DNA from: a virus | Taxonomy: Duplodnaviria; Caudoviricetes | Virus record (IMG/VR): IMGVR_UViG_3300027374_000001 | Strand: one strand, 5' to 3' | DNA: 64,000 nt | In this document: positions 10,349 through 20,591 of the stretch, one piece after another | Position numbering within the stretch: the stretch's first letter is position 1 | How the letters are laid out: each line of letters starts with the position of its first letter | Program-made: the position numbers and the translations under genes | Notes under the pieces: generated by a model | Told to the model about the DNA's origin: nothing | The model's input: only the letters and a program-made list of their open reading frames with translations | Database searches by the model: none

Positions 10349-10798
10349 ATGGACAATATAACTCTCGATATACTATTGGAATTCTTATACAATAGATTTG
10401 CGGTTACATTCTTGATGTGTTTATTGGGATCACTGATAAGAGAAACCATGACCTCATCAAAGAAAAATAGTGCATTGAACATCCCGAAAATCGTGGCTTC
10501 CACGATATTCTCGACATTTTTAATGTGCGCGGCTGCGGATTATTTAAAAATAAATATTCCATTTAGTATATACGCAGTGGTATGCATATTGTTAGGAATG
10601 TGGGCTTATGTCATTATCAAATTCGCATTAAATGGAAAGTTTATGACTAGTCTATTAAAGATATTCGCTAAGAGTGCAGATCCAATAATTAAGGATGTCG
10701 CGTCAATGGCAGAGAAAGAAAATGCTCGACTTCCAGATGCTATTGACTCAGCCGAAACCACGAAAGATAAAAGTGAAAAAGATCCCGGTAGCACCTAG
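10349..10798 (+). CDS. three-TM membrane protein (holin-like)
   Basis: Three hydrophobic segments, charged tail, AGGAGG RBS. Confidence 0.6.
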   Translation: MDNITLDILLEFLYNRFAVTFLMCLLGSLIRETMTSSKKNSALNIPKIVASTIFSTFLMCAAADYLKINIPFSIYAVVCILLGMWAYVIIKFALNGKFMTSLLKIFAKSADPIIKDVASMAEKENARLPDAIDSAETTKDKSEKDPGST

Positions 10799-10859
10799 TT
10801 GTGCTACCGGAACCTTTTGTTAGAGAACTATCATGCAAAAACAAAATACGAAGTAGGTA

Positions 10860-10978
10860 AAATACAGAGGGCCGGTCGCTTCGGCCCTCTATAATTCCAC
10901 CCAGGAGGCACCAAAAATGCCATTTAATAGCCACCAGCCAACCTTTTTGCATCCGACCCCGATTAACCAGCAGCTATT
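10860..10978 (-). ncRNA. putative small RNA (~115 nt)
   Basis: AACA-N6-TAA at 10989-10977, GC-rich stretch without a credible minus-strand gene, then hairpin 10866-10890 and T-tract. Confidence 0.4.
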
Positions 10979-10989
10979 ATAAATATGTT

Positions 10990-12252
10990 TTAATAATAAG
11001 TGTTCATGGTAGTCATATTAGCATCTGACATCTGCTTTAAAGCATTGTAATCTACAAATAATCCATACATCTTTCTATTATATATAGGCTGCTTAGAAAG
11101 TTCTTCTCTGAGATTATCATATTTATCATACAATTTATAAAGTCTTTCTTTTTCATGCTCTGATAACTCCTCTTCATTATCCAAATAATCCGTTATTATA
11201 ACCATTCTTCCATTAAGCTCACGCATAAGATTTAATGCTTCATATTCCGTTTGAATATTCTTTATTCTTATACGATATTCATATACATCGTCTTCTATAG
11301 ATTTCATTCCAGACTTTTTAATTTGGGTAAACAATGAAGACTTCTTTTTAGAAGATTCAGTTAATGCTGTTCTATAATCTCTAATATTTCTATCATATGA
11401 AGTATTATTATAGTCAACTATAGCTACCATAAGCTTTCTCAGTAATTTAGAACCACAGAGCCTAATAGAATCTTCAATAACATCCGAAATTTCTGTCTTT
11501 TGGTCAAACAGATTTCCCGAATATCTGTATACTGATAAATACCAGTTAATGATAAGTGTAGGACAACATATCTGATCCTTTAAATTGTTTTTAGCTTTTT
11601 TGACACACTCTATTCCACGGTCATAGGCTTCTGTGAGACCGTAATTTCTAATGAAATCATCAGCAAGCACTAAATTTTCGTTACATAATTCAAATGAAGA
11701 TGTTACTTTTCTTACATACTCTGTCATTACAAATTGCATCAGGTATTGATCAAGTTGTATATCATTTTGTCTAAGTAAAACTCCTGACTTTACGGATACA
11801 TAGTCAATAGCAGCAACAAAGTCTTTTACAACTTGCGGATTATTAATTGCATTTATATCATGTATAATCAATGCGGCGAGAACTAACGGAGAGAATTCAT
11901 ACACTTCATCAAATACTTTACTATCTATATCTAATGCATAGTGGTCAAATTTAATTTCTGAACTCTTGATATTAAACATGTCAGGATTCATCATTTGTGA
12001 AGCCATAGCAGATGAGTCTCTAAAATATGGTATAATTTGAACGCCAAAGAAGTCATTATCGGTATTGTCAGATATTTTTACATCTGAACATCTGATATCC
12101 GTAAAAAACTTATTTAATTCATCTATAATAGTTTCTCTAGCTTTGGATCTTATGGCTGCATCTCTATCATATATGCTAGATAAACCCTTTAACAAGTAAC
12201 CAAAGTCATATTTCATTTCTCCATTTTCTATAATAATTCTATCTGTATCCAT
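10990..12252 (-). CDS. hypothetical, probable virion head protein
   Basis: Directly downstream of capsid gene; LTE|S putative maturation site before C-terminal coiled coil. Confidence 0.5.
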   Translation of the reverse strand: MDTDRIIIENGEMKYDFGYLLKGLSSIYDRDAAIRSKARETIIDELNKFFTDIRCSDVKISDNTDNDFFGVQIIPYFRDSSAMASQMMNPDMFNIKSSEIKFDHYALDIDSKVFDEVYEFSPLVLAALIIHDINAINNPQVVKDFVAAIDYVSVKSGVLLRQNDIQLDQYLMQFVMTEYVRKVTSSFELCNENLVLADDFIRNYGLTEAYDRGIECVKKAKNNLKDQICCPTLIINWYLSVYRYSGNLFDQKTEISDVIEDSIRLCGSKLLRKLMVAIVDYNNTSYDRNIRDYRTALTESSKKKSSLFTQIKKSGMKSIEDDVYEYRIRIKNIQTEYEALNLMRELNGRMVIITDYLDNEEELSEHEKERLYKLYDKYDNLREELSKQPIYNRKMYGLFVDYNALKQMSDANMTTMNTYY

Positions 12253-12357
12253 TGCTAACCTCCTATATGTGTATTATTATAAATGTTTCAGCCTATGATA
12301 AAGAAAAATATAAGGGAGGTACCATAAGGCACCTCCCCAAGCTGCAAAGATCGGTTA

Positions 12358-14133
12358 TTAATCTAATACACGTACCGGGAATGCATTGTAATCTTCTGTG
12401 ATTCCAGACGGATTCAGAATATTAATTCTTCCCTGTACCGGCTGATACTCTACGGGTTTCCAACGCTCGAATGCCGTAATAGCCGGAAGTGCCGGATTAT
12501 TGGAATTTCTGATTTCATTAGCGATGTACATCTGATAATCATATATTCTGTAGGTAATACGATTAGAATTACCAGTCGGAGTCATGATAACAATAAGCTC
12601 ATCGCGGTTACGCATCTTATCAGAACTAATGAAGTTGTAAACTCTCTTCATTGTAGAATTTACAACAGTCTTCTGATAATCAAGCTCCATCGGGCCGATT
12701 GAAGCCGGAGACTGATATGTGTATTCATTCGGAGTAAGCCTGCTGACAATATCCGGATTTCCGAAAATTGTTACTGTCATACTCGGATCATTCAGAGCCT
12801 GAGACAGAATCGTAACATGGCGATCAAGATGCTCCATGAACGTATCCTTACGATGCTGGATGTGATCTCCACTATATCCTACTCTCGGCGCGAAATCGAA
12901 GTTAGTGTAATTAGAGGACCTCGCGTCCAATCTGTCGAAGGAATTATCAAGGAATTCGAGAATCTTATCATCCTTGTAATTCGCCAGCACCGTCTTGATC
13001 AGCTCCATAATCTTCGTAAGCTGATTGATATTGTACAGGGCACTAATATCCTTTACTTCCATCGGAGAGATGGTTGTATTGATCGGAATAGCTTCATCGA
13101 TCTCGATAAGATCTGTTTTCTGTTTCCACTTAACAGAACATGTCGTTTGACGATGATTAGATGTATCCAGCTTAGAATGAATCCTTACTTTCGTAACGTT
13201 TCCATTCAGAGACATAAGGTTGATTCTGGATTTCTCCATAGAACCGGAAAGCATATCCTTAAACTCCGTAACTTTTACGTCTGTACCGTCAAGAGTCTTA
13301 TGTGCAATCTTAATAGGCTGCATAAGAGATCTTTCAAATCCCTGATAACCAGGTGTGAACGGAAGCTGAACCTTGTACCATGTATCATGGGTACCAGCCG
13401 TTGTTGCTCTCTCTCCGTTTCTTTCTACATATCCGGTATCCGGATCCGGAAGAATATCTCCTACTTCATAGTATACATCCTTAACCAGAACTGCAGATAC
13501 ATAAGTACCTCTGGAAAGTTCATCTGCTCCAGCAAGGCCACCAAGGTATGTATGAACAAGCTCTACGTCGTCTTTCAGCGGAAGATCGATTTCAAAATCT
13601 CTTTCCCCGGATGTCTTGTCAATAGCAGCAGTCATCTTGTTCTGCTCTAAGAACATATCAATTTCATTACCTTCTGTGTCTACTAAGATACGGGTCTCCA
13701 TCGTCAACGGAATAGATGGACTAATTGCAACTACTTTCTGAATAGAACCCTTATCAAATACCATATTCATTAAGATATTCTTATGCATCGGGAAAGTCAT
13801 ACCGACTACCGGATTCATCTCAGCAGTACCAACGTTCTCGCGGATAGCCTCAACATCATTTTCATACTGATTTTCCATTGTAATTCTGTGATCTTCAAGT
13901 TGAGCCGCTGTCATTCCAGCCGGGTCGCAAGAGTTCTCTACAAAGAAGTTCCTCATCGTAGCATTAGCTCCGTCGCTTAAGATCATATCACGAGCATCTT
14001 TAAAAACGTCTACATGATTTTCATGACGAATATTTGTCATTGTTTCACAAACAGCTGCAGCATATGGATACATTGAATGAGTTTCGTAGCCCTCAGCCAA
14101 ATGCTTACTTTTTCTTTCACCAGCAATAGCCAT
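12358..14133 (-). CDS. major capsid protein precursor
   Basis: 591 aa, high-expression codon bias, strong RBS and late promoter motif, near prohead protease, N-terminal xxE-type propeptide sites. Confidence 0.7.
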   Translation of the reverse strand: MAIAGERKSKHLAEGYETHSMYPYAAAVCETMTNIRHENHVDVFKDARDMILSDGANATMRNFFVENSCDPAGMTAAQLEDHRITMENQYENDVEAIRENVGTAEMNPVVGMTFPMHKNILMNMVFDKGSIQKVVAISPSIPLTMETRILVDTEGNEIDMFLEQNKMTAAIDKTSGERDFEIDLPLKDDVELVHTYLGGLAGADELSRGTYVSAVLVKDVYYEVGDILPDPDTGYVERNGERATTAGTHDTWYKVQLPFTPGYQGFERSLMQPIKIAHKTLDGTDVKVTEFKDMLSGSMEKSRINLMSLNGNVTKVRIHSKLDTSNHRQTTCSVKWKQKTDLIEIDEAIPINTTISPMEVKDISALYNINQLTKIMELIKTVLANYKDDKILEFLDNSFDRLDARSSNYTNFDFAPRVGYSGDHIQHRKDTFMEHLDRHVTILSQALNDPSMTVTIFGNPDIVSRLTPNEYTYQSPASIGPMELDYQKTVVNSTMKRVYNFISSDKMRNRDELIVIMTPTGNSNRITYRIYDYQMYIANEIRNSNNPALPAITAFERWKPVEYQPVQGRINILNPSGITEDYNAFPVRVLD

Positions 14134-14205
14134 TGTTTTATATCCTCCTTTTAAATTTATTTCTAAATAATTTTGGTTTTATATTTAATTTTAACATTAA
14201 ATATT

Positions 14206-14217
14206 TACTATATTGTT
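14206..14217 (-). promoter_or_regulatory. late-type promoter AACA-N6-TA upstream of capsid gene
   Basis: AACAATATAGTAA; the same motif precedes 13 other units. Confidence 0.65.
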
Positions 14218-14244
14218 ATCTTCCGATATAGGCATCTGAGGAGT

Positions 14245-15132
14245 TTATTCAACAAAATCCTTTTTTAACTCTGCAAAAATGGTTTTTATAGAAGTAAGTA
14301 CAGCAATGTATTTTTGTACTTGAGCAATATTTTCCGGGTATGTTTTGGAATCAAATATTGTCTCGATATAATCTAAAATATATTGCCTAAGATCAGTAAG
14401 GGAATTATTTATATACTCTATGATTTGAATCGTTGAGTCATCCTTTTTAATATCATTTGTCTTGTCTGATAATGTTTTGCATTTATCGTAGATATTTATA
14501 TATATCCCCTTTAACTCCTTAATCTTAGCTTCCTTTTCTGCTTCATTTAATTCGGCAAAAGCCACGGTTTCCAAATCTTTTAACTTAGACGAATCATCTG
14601 ATGAGTCATCGGCGTCAGTGTCTGCTTCAGAAGTATCATCATCTGGTGTATCTTCTCCCTCTTCGTTTTCTCCATCCATATTGAAGTCTTCATCATTTTC
14701 TTCCTCTTCTGGCGCGTTAACACCATTAGCTCCGTCTTCATCTGACGGAGTGTTGTCATCTTCTTGTTCTTCTTCGTCTTCTGGAAGCTCGAAGTCTTCA
14801 TCGTTATCAGGTTCTTCAGTATTTTCTTCGGATTCAGTTTGAGACTCCGGTTGTTCTCCTTCATTTTCCTCTGCTTCCCCATCAGGATTTCCTTCTTCGG
14901 CGTCTAATTCTTCGTTATCGTCGGAGTCCCTATTTTCTCCGTTTACATCAAACTCATGGATCATCTCATCAAACAATTCATCTGTAAAAAATCTCAAAGT
15001 GGGGTCCACTTCTTCTTTAACAGATATGCCATATAGGTCTTTAGCAGTTTCAATATCCCCTCCGGCTAATTCATCTAACATTTTCTTTTTAAACGAATCT
15101 CTGGTTTCTGCAGCCGCTATAAAAACACTCAT
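14245..15132 (-). CDS. highly acidic protein, possible scaffold/head protein
   Basis: Long E/D-rich tract followed by helical C-terminus; directly upstream of capsid gene. Confidence 0.5.
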   Translation of the reverse strand: MSVFIAAAETRDSFKKKMLDELAGGDIETAKDLYGISVKEEVDPTLRFFTDELFDEMIHEFDVNGENRDSDDNEELDAEEGNPDGEAEENEGEQPESQTESEENTEEPDNDEDFELPEDEEEQEDDNTPSDEDGANGVNAPEEEENDEDFNMDGENEEGEDTPDDDTSEADTDADDSSDDSSKLKDLETVAFAELNEAEKEAKIKELKGIYINIYDKCKTLSDKTNDIKKDDSTIQIIEYINNSLTDLRQYILDYIETIFDSKTYPENIAQVQKYIAVLTSIKTIFAELKKDFVE

Positions 15133-17675
15133 TATTTGTCACCACCTTTAATTTCTGGTAAATCTCTTCCTTGCATCTTAATACCATATTTGATACGCTG
15201 CTTTTCTCTCTGCAATTTCTTTTGATAATTAAGCAGGAATCTATATTGATTCATATCTCCTTCGCTTTCGGCAAGCTGTAGTTGTTTCTCTACTACTTGA
15301 AGCTCTGTATCTATTTCATCATAAATAAGCATTCTTTCTTTATGATTTAAAGACTTAGATACAGCAAATCCGCCTAATGCAGTTATAGCGGCTCCTACAG
15401 GTCCAGTAAATGCACCAACGGCCCCAACTGCTAATGCTGATTTGATTATTTTTGAAAATGAAGGTATAATTGAACCTTTAATAATTGCTTCTCTTCTGTC
15501 TGAGGTTAAAGCTCTCTGAAATCCTTTACTCAAACCCGATGCGGCAATATCAATATTTCTCCATACCGCTTGCTCTTTAGATTTAAGCTGTTTAGCTTTA
15601 TTCTTAAAATTCACAAATGCAAGCTTAAGAGTATTAAGGTCAAATGCTTCGTTCACAACACGTATTGCTTCTTTCATAGCATCTCTTTGCAAAAAGACTT
15701 TAGCATATGTATTTGCTTCTAATATATCTCTGTCTTTAGAGTCCAATAAGATTGTGCATATCGTATTTGTTATAGAGTCTTTGCTCTGCTTTAATTGTAA
15801 ATCTATAGTAGAATAAAATTGGTCTCTTAGTTCCTTTGGGCAATTAGAAAACAGCCCACTGCATTCTGTCAAAGATTCCCCTACAAGATACGATGGAATA
15901 TTAGGTATAAATACTGAAGAGGTTTCTTCTATATCTATTACTGCTTCCAATAATCTTCCGGTAAATGATACTGCTTCTTCAAAGCTAAAATCTCCAAAGT
16001 CGAAATCATCATTATCATCGCCAAAATCAAATTCATCATCATCTTTTGAAAGGCTACCAATAGATGCATCTGATGCTTCGTCGTCTTCATCATCTATGTC
16101 AAGGATATAATCAGCTAATTTCTTGATACCTTTATCAAGGCAAGCGATATATTCCTCTGTGGCTTTTTTCTCTTTATCACTTTTAAGCTTATCCTTTTTC
16201 TTTACAGCAGCTTCTTTTTCTTTCTTAAGATGTCTCATTAATTGCTTGGCCTTATTGATATTTAACTTCATTCCTATTAATTTCATAATTAGCATGGATA
16301 TACCAGCAATAACTGGACCATATGGTAGTAAAGCTGCTATACAAATATATATCATGCCTCTACCAAGAGCTAATAAATCTGGAGCTTCATCTAATAAAGC
16401 CTCTGGCGATTTTGTCAGCGCTTTATTGATTAATGCCTTAAAAGCAGATGGAGTTTTCTTCTGGCTAGTTTTAAAAGACTCTATATCTTTCTTGAAATTA
16501 TCGTTATCCAATAAAGCCTCAAGAAGATCTATCTGTTCTTCATCTTCGTCATCTTTTAATGCCTTTGCCTCTGTTATGGATGAAACAAATTCTGACATGG
16601 TAACTAAATCATTATTTTTGATTACCGTAGATACAGTAATATCTCCTTCGTAATCTTTAATTCTATCCTTTATTTCCAAATCTATTTGTTTATCCAATTG
16701 ATAGCAAATAAATTCACTATTTATTGAACCTATAAGTGGAAGAGTGCAGAATGCCTTTATTCCATTCATTATATCAGAATCAGGAATAGTTTCTTCTTGG
16801 CATAATTTCTTAAATCTATCCATAAAACCAGATGCCGTCTTTTCTGTAGTTATACGAGGCATAGATTCAATTAAACTTGTCATCTCCGCACTTTCACATT
16901 GTACTGCTATATTATTTATAGCATTTACAAATGTACAACCAAATTCATTATCTCTATTATATATCATAGTATGATATGCTGGAATAGAATCTTTATCAAT
17001 AAATAGGTTGTTTTCTAATACATCAATATACCCATTGGCATCTTTATCAGTAATTATAGGACTTCTAGACAAAAAATAGCCGACAATATAATCCGTAACC
17101 TCATTTACATTTTGTTCATTTCCAGATGCTAAGAAAGAATAATTTATATTTTCTATAGCAATATTCAGTTTAGCCTTACTAGAAATATCATAAGTATCTA
17201 TTAATGCGCATAATTCATTTACAGTATGCTTTAAGTCTCCATATTTATTTTCTCTTATGACTTTGTCAAAATTAAATCTTTTTTGTATCTTTGCTCTGTT
17301 TCTTAAAACACGATCACATGCTTCTAAAACATTGCATCTCTCAATTAATTCATTTTTAGAATCACTATCAAATTTTGAAGATGATATTTTTTCTATAGCA
17401 TTCTCTAAATTTACTATCCCATCCATTAAATTTAAAATGGTATCAGTAAGTCCATCCCTGTCTTCTTCTTTAAGAAGATTAACTAAATCTAAAGTCTGAT
17501 TAAACTTAATATCAGGAGAATCGCTTACTCCGAATTCAACAAATAGTTTTACATTAGTATGAGTTGGGTTTGCTGTTAGAGCGCCATAATTTAATACATA
17601 TCCACCGTTCCCATACACATTTCCAACATCAAATTTCCTGGACAATACCTTTCTAAATGGTATTACTGATTTCAT
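15132..17675 (-). CDS. large hypothetical virion/head protein
   Basis: 847 aa, two hydrophobic hairpins, many [ILV]xE|[AS] sites, late promoter motif. Confidence 0.5.
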   Translation of the reverse strand: MKSVIPFRKVLSRKFDVGNVYGNGGYVLNYGALTANPTHTNVKLFVEFGVSDSPDIKFNQTLDLVNLLKEEDRDGLTDTILNLMDGIVNLENAIEKISSSKFDSDSKNELIERCNVLEACDRVLRNRAKIQKRFNFDKVIRENKYGDLKHTVNELCALIDTYDISSKAKLNIAIENINYSFLASGNEQNVNEVTDYIVGYFLSRSPIITDKDANGYIDVLENNLFIDKDSIPAYHTMIYNRDNEFGCTFVNAINNIAVQCESAEMTSLIESMPRITTEKTASGFMDRFKKLCQEETIPDSDIMNGIKAFCTLPLIGSINSEFICYQLDKQIDLEIKDRIKDYEGDITVSTVIKNNDLVTMSEFVSSITEAKALKDDEDEEQIDLLEALLDNDNFKKDIESFKTSQKKTPSAFKALINKALTKSPEALLDEAPDLLALGRGMIYICIAALLPYGPVIAGISMLIMKLIGMKLNINKAKQLMRHLKKEKEAAVKKKDKLKSDKEKKATEEYIACLDKGIKKLADYILDIDDEDDEASDASIGSLSKDDDEFDFGDDNDDFDFGDFSFEEAVSFTGRLLEAVIDIEETSSVFIPNIPSYLVGESLTECSGLFSNCPKELRDQFYSTIDLQLKQSKDSITNTICTILLDSKDRDILEANTYAKVFLQRDAMKEAIRVVNEAFDLNTLKLAFVNFKNKAKQLKSKEQAVWRNIDIAASGLSKGFQRALTSDRREAIIKGSIIPSFSKIIKSALAVGAVGAFTGPVGAAITALGGFAVSKSLNHKERMLIYDEIDTELQVVEKQLQLAESEGDMNQYRFLLNYQKKLQREKQRIKYGIKMQGRDLPEIKGGDK

Positions 17676-17707
17676 ACTCAGCCCTCCTAATATAAAGATT
17701 TAATGAT

Positions 17708-17719
17708 TAATATATTGTT
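17708..17719 (-). promoter_or_regulatory. late-type promoter AACA-N6-TA
   Basis: AACAATATATTAA upstream of 17675. Confidence 0.6.
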
Positions 17720-17789
17720 AAACCTATCAAAATTGGCCAAATTGAACATCAATAGTAATATGATTACCGTATAAAGGAGGATAAATAAA

Positions 17790-18638
17790 ATGATTCAGCC
17801 GAACTCAAATATCGGATACGTTATTATAGAAACGCAGACTATCATAAATCCAGAACCTGCTAAAATAGTAAAAAGAGATAGTAGCGGAAAGCTAATAGGA
17901 GAAGGAAATCTTCAAGAAGCAAATGAGAAAAATCGTAATGGAAGATACTATGATTCTAGGGATTTATTCCCGCAAGTATCTGCTCCTAGAACCTTGGAAC
18001 TTTTAACCACTGGAAATCTTCGTGCAGAAAACGGTCATCCGCTGTCTAAAGAGCTTATCAGACAACAAACAATAGATCCAGCTATGGCTACTGCTATTTT
18101 CCTTAAGCTTTGGACGGATGGAAACTTTATTAAGGCCTGGTATCGTGGTACAAACAATGCATTTGGAGATGAGTTTGATAAAGATCTCAGAGACGGGTTT
18201 ATTCCATCATGGTCGTTAAGAGCATTAGGTACTATACAGAATACCTCTAGAGGAGCAGAAGTTAAAGGTATTAAAGTAATTACATGGGATAGAGTTATTT
18301 ATCCGTCTCACCCGAGAGCATATGGTACTGGAATCGTTTCTGAGTCTGCTGCTGGTTCTATAGTAGATGGAAACGGAAATCAATTAGTCGTACAAGAGAA
18401 CGACGCAGGTATGATAATTCCGATTACTAATACTTCGGTATTAAATTACATAAAAGAAGAGTCAGCAAACTTTAAGACTATTAAAGAATCTTATGATCTT
18501 CTTTATGATAATATCGAACTTATTAACGGAGGAACACAAGTTAAGCTCACAGATAAAGTTGGAGGTATCTTTGTAGCAAATCTTGAAAGTTATATTCATG
18601 ATGAGATAATGAATGATGCCCTTAAACTTATCAAATAG
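17790..18638 (+). CDS. prohead core protease (T4 gp21-like)
   Basis: QEAN..NRNGRYY, ENGHP, SWSLRALG, ITWDRV..PS motifs. Confidence 0.85.
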   Translation: MIQPNSNIGYVIIETQTIINPEPAKIVKRDSSGKLIGEGNLQEANEKNRNGRYYDSRDLFPQVSAPRTLELLTTGNLRAENGHPLSKELIRQQTIDPAMATAIFLKLWTDGNFIKAWYRGTNNAFGDEFDKDLRDGFIPSWSLRALGTIQNTSRGAEVKGIKVITWDRVIYPSHPRAYGTGIVSESAAGSIVDGNGNQLVVQENDAGMIIPITNTSVLNYIKEESANFKTIKESYDLLYDNIELINGGTQVKLTDKVGGIFVANLESYIHDEIMNDALKLIK

Positions 18639-18650
18639 AGGTGATATTAT

Positions 18651-19418
18651 ATGGCAGGATATGCAAATAATATGTCTAAGTTATTAGACAAACTTGAGAT
18701 AAGACTAGGCACTAAACCCTTGAATTTACCAGATGAAGTGAAAAAAAATAAATGGGCTAATGTAATAGAAAATGATACACTTGTTACATTCTCTAGATAT
18801 TTCCCATACTTATTTAATTATGAATTTGGACCAGATGATAGAGTTGATGGGTGGTACTATATAGATGAGGATTATCTTGGGGACGCTAAAGTTTTAGGCA
18901 TTAGAGATTTAAGCTGGGAAGATTTTGCTGTGGATTCTTTGTCTATTCAGCAAAATTCTGGATATGGTATTTATGATTTTTTAGGAATGAACTATGGAAT
19001 GGACGACGTGGCTCTATTGCAAATGAGAGCAGATCACATGTCTCTGTTTAACAATGGAATATACCCAGAATTTGATCCTCCAAATCGTATAAGGCTAGTA
19101 AGTACCACTAGTCGTGATTTGGGATTGAATATGAGAAAATTCCATATAGGGATATTCTTAGAGCATAACAAGAATCTAACTACAATATCTCCAACGCAAA
19201 TGGAAACGTTCGAAGCATTGGCACAAGCAGATGTAGCAACCTTCTTATACCGATTCTTAAAGTATTACGATCAGCTTCAAACTGTATATACCACTATAGA
19301 TCTTAAACTTCAAGACTTAGAGGCAGAAGCCGGAAAACGAGATGAAGTTATACAACAAATAAAAGAAGGATATGTTTCTGCTGCTAATAAGAACCAACCT
19401 ATGATATTTACAGTATAA
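18651..19418 (+). CDS. virion structural protein (possible neck/head completion)
   Basis: Co-transcribed with protease; RLG N-terminus and TL..FSRY pattern reminiscent of myophage neck proteins. Confidence 0.4.
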   Translation: MAGYANNMSKLLDKLEIRLGTKPLNLPDEVKKNKWANVIENDTLVTFSRYFPYLFNYEFGPDDRVDGWYYIDEDYLGDAKVLGIRDLSWEDFAVDSLSIQQNSGYGIYDFLGMNYGMDDVALLQMRADHMSLFNNGIYPEFDPPNRIRLVSTTSRDLGLNMRKFHIGIFLEHNKNLTTISPTQMETFEALAQADVATFLYRFLKYYDQLQTVYTTIDLKLQDLEAEAGKRDEVIQQIKEGYVSAANKNQPMIFTV

Positions 19419-19435
19419 GACAAAAAATAAATGAG

Positions 19436-19461
19436 GTGGAGTAGGGATTTCCCTACTCCAC
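19436..19461. terminator. bidirectional terminator
   Basis: GTGGAGTAGGGA/TCCCTACTCCAC between convergent genes. Confidence 0.75.
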
Positions 19462-19488
19462 ATTTGTTTTAAGCGTAATGATATGATT

Positions 19489-19875
19489 TCACAAACTAAA
19501 ATGCATTTGAGATTTTAAATTTTCTGCTAATTCATTTATTTTTGGATCATTGATGAATTCACTGTTTGACACTTTAAACTGTATTAACAGTTCGTTATTC
19601 TCAAACTTCATAATATTATTTCTAGAGAAATCTGGAAAACTTGTTGTAATGTCATTTTCATCAATACCATCTACTATAATAATATCATCTCTTTCTTTTG
19701 ACATCGCTGCTCGAATGGCATCTATATAATCTTCACTATCCGTCTCTTTGTACAAACTACTTGGTACTATTGTTATATTTATAATTTCAGCGGAGTTTGC
19801 TTTAAATATATCAATGATCATATCTCTCAATTTAGTAGATGCATAACAAGATTTGTTTATAAGTATTTTCTTCAT
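19489..19875 (-). CDS. hypothetical protein
   Basis: ORF with GGAGGG RBS. Confidence 0.6.
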   Translation of the reverse strand: MKKILINKSCYASTKLRDMIIDIFKANSAEIINITIVPSSLYKETDSEDYIDAIRAAMSKERDDIIIVDGIDENDITTSFPDFSRNNIMKFENNELLIQFKVSNSEFINDPKINELAENLKSQMHFSL

Positions 19876-19890
19876 AATCTTGTACCCTCC

Positions 19891-20235
19891 TTATGCTCCA
19901 AACATAGAATGACGCTCTGTAAACATTGCAATTGGAGTTTGGGTTCTTTTAGTTATTTCATCAAGAATGCCGGTATCCTTAGTATTAATAACTACTCCAT
20001 CACATTCCATTTTCATAGATTCCATCACAACTGCATTTATATAGTTTTGCGGATAATCGGATTTCAAAATACCAGAATTTCTTTCACCCTTAAGTGAATG
20101 AACGTATTGAAACTTATCATTTTCTAATACCTTGAAAGTCATTCCGTATGTGGCTTCTAATTGTTTAGCTATTACTTCTGATTTTCTATCAGTTATATTA
20201 TTTACAATAGCTATTTTGTCTTGTGTTAAATTCAT
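19891..20235 (-). CDS. hypothetical protein
   Basis: ORF in operon. Confidence 0.6.
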   Translation of the reverse strand: MNLTQDKIAIVNNITDRKSEVIAKQLEATYGMTFKVLENDKFQYVHSLKGERNSGILKSDYPQNYINAVVMESMKMECDGVVINTKDTGILDEITKRTQTPIAMFTERHSMFGA

Positions 20236-20237
20236 TT

Positions 20238-20576
20238 TTAATCCCTCTCTTTCATTGTAGTAATAATGGTAGAAATATAATTATATAATCCTAATGTGGA
20301 ATCGGTGATGAAATCTGGTTTTTGTACAAATTGTACAAAATCTGTATGTATTGGATGGCCATTGGCTTTAATTGTAGCACATCCATAATCCTCATCACCA
20401 TATACAAATACAGCAAATGCGCTATCATTTCCAACAGATATTATATCCACATTGATTCCTTCCTGTGTTATATGCGATTTCACCTGTAAATTTCCAATTG
20501 GTGATACTGTTTCATGATTATGATTATATCTAATAAAGTATTCTTGTAGTTTAGCAACTATATAACCGTTGTCCAT
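20238..20576 (-). CDS. hypothetical protein
   Basis: ORF with GGAGG RBS. Confidence 0.6.
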   Translation of the reverse strand: MDNGYIVAKLQEYFIRYNHNHETVSPIGNLQVKSHITQEGINVDIISVGNDSAFAVFVYGDEDYGCATIKANGHPIHTDFVQFVQKPDFITDSTLGLYNYISTIITTMKERD

Positions 20577-20591
20577 AGAATTACCTCCCTT

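Noticed and set aside
10740-10952. 70-aa minus-strand ORF MQKGWLV...
   Set aside because: Weak RBS, and it reads through two hairpins into a convergent gene; an RNA interpretation fits better.
12817-13650. 277-aa antisense ORF in the capsid gene and similar ORFs opposite sheath, tube, GroEL, tubulin and 54798
   Set aside because: Shadow ORFs from the codon bias of highly expressed genes; no RBS or recognisable motifs.
14500-14940. Acidic low-complexity tract as a repeat element
   Set aside because: Ordinary E/D-rich coding sequence with no fixed period.
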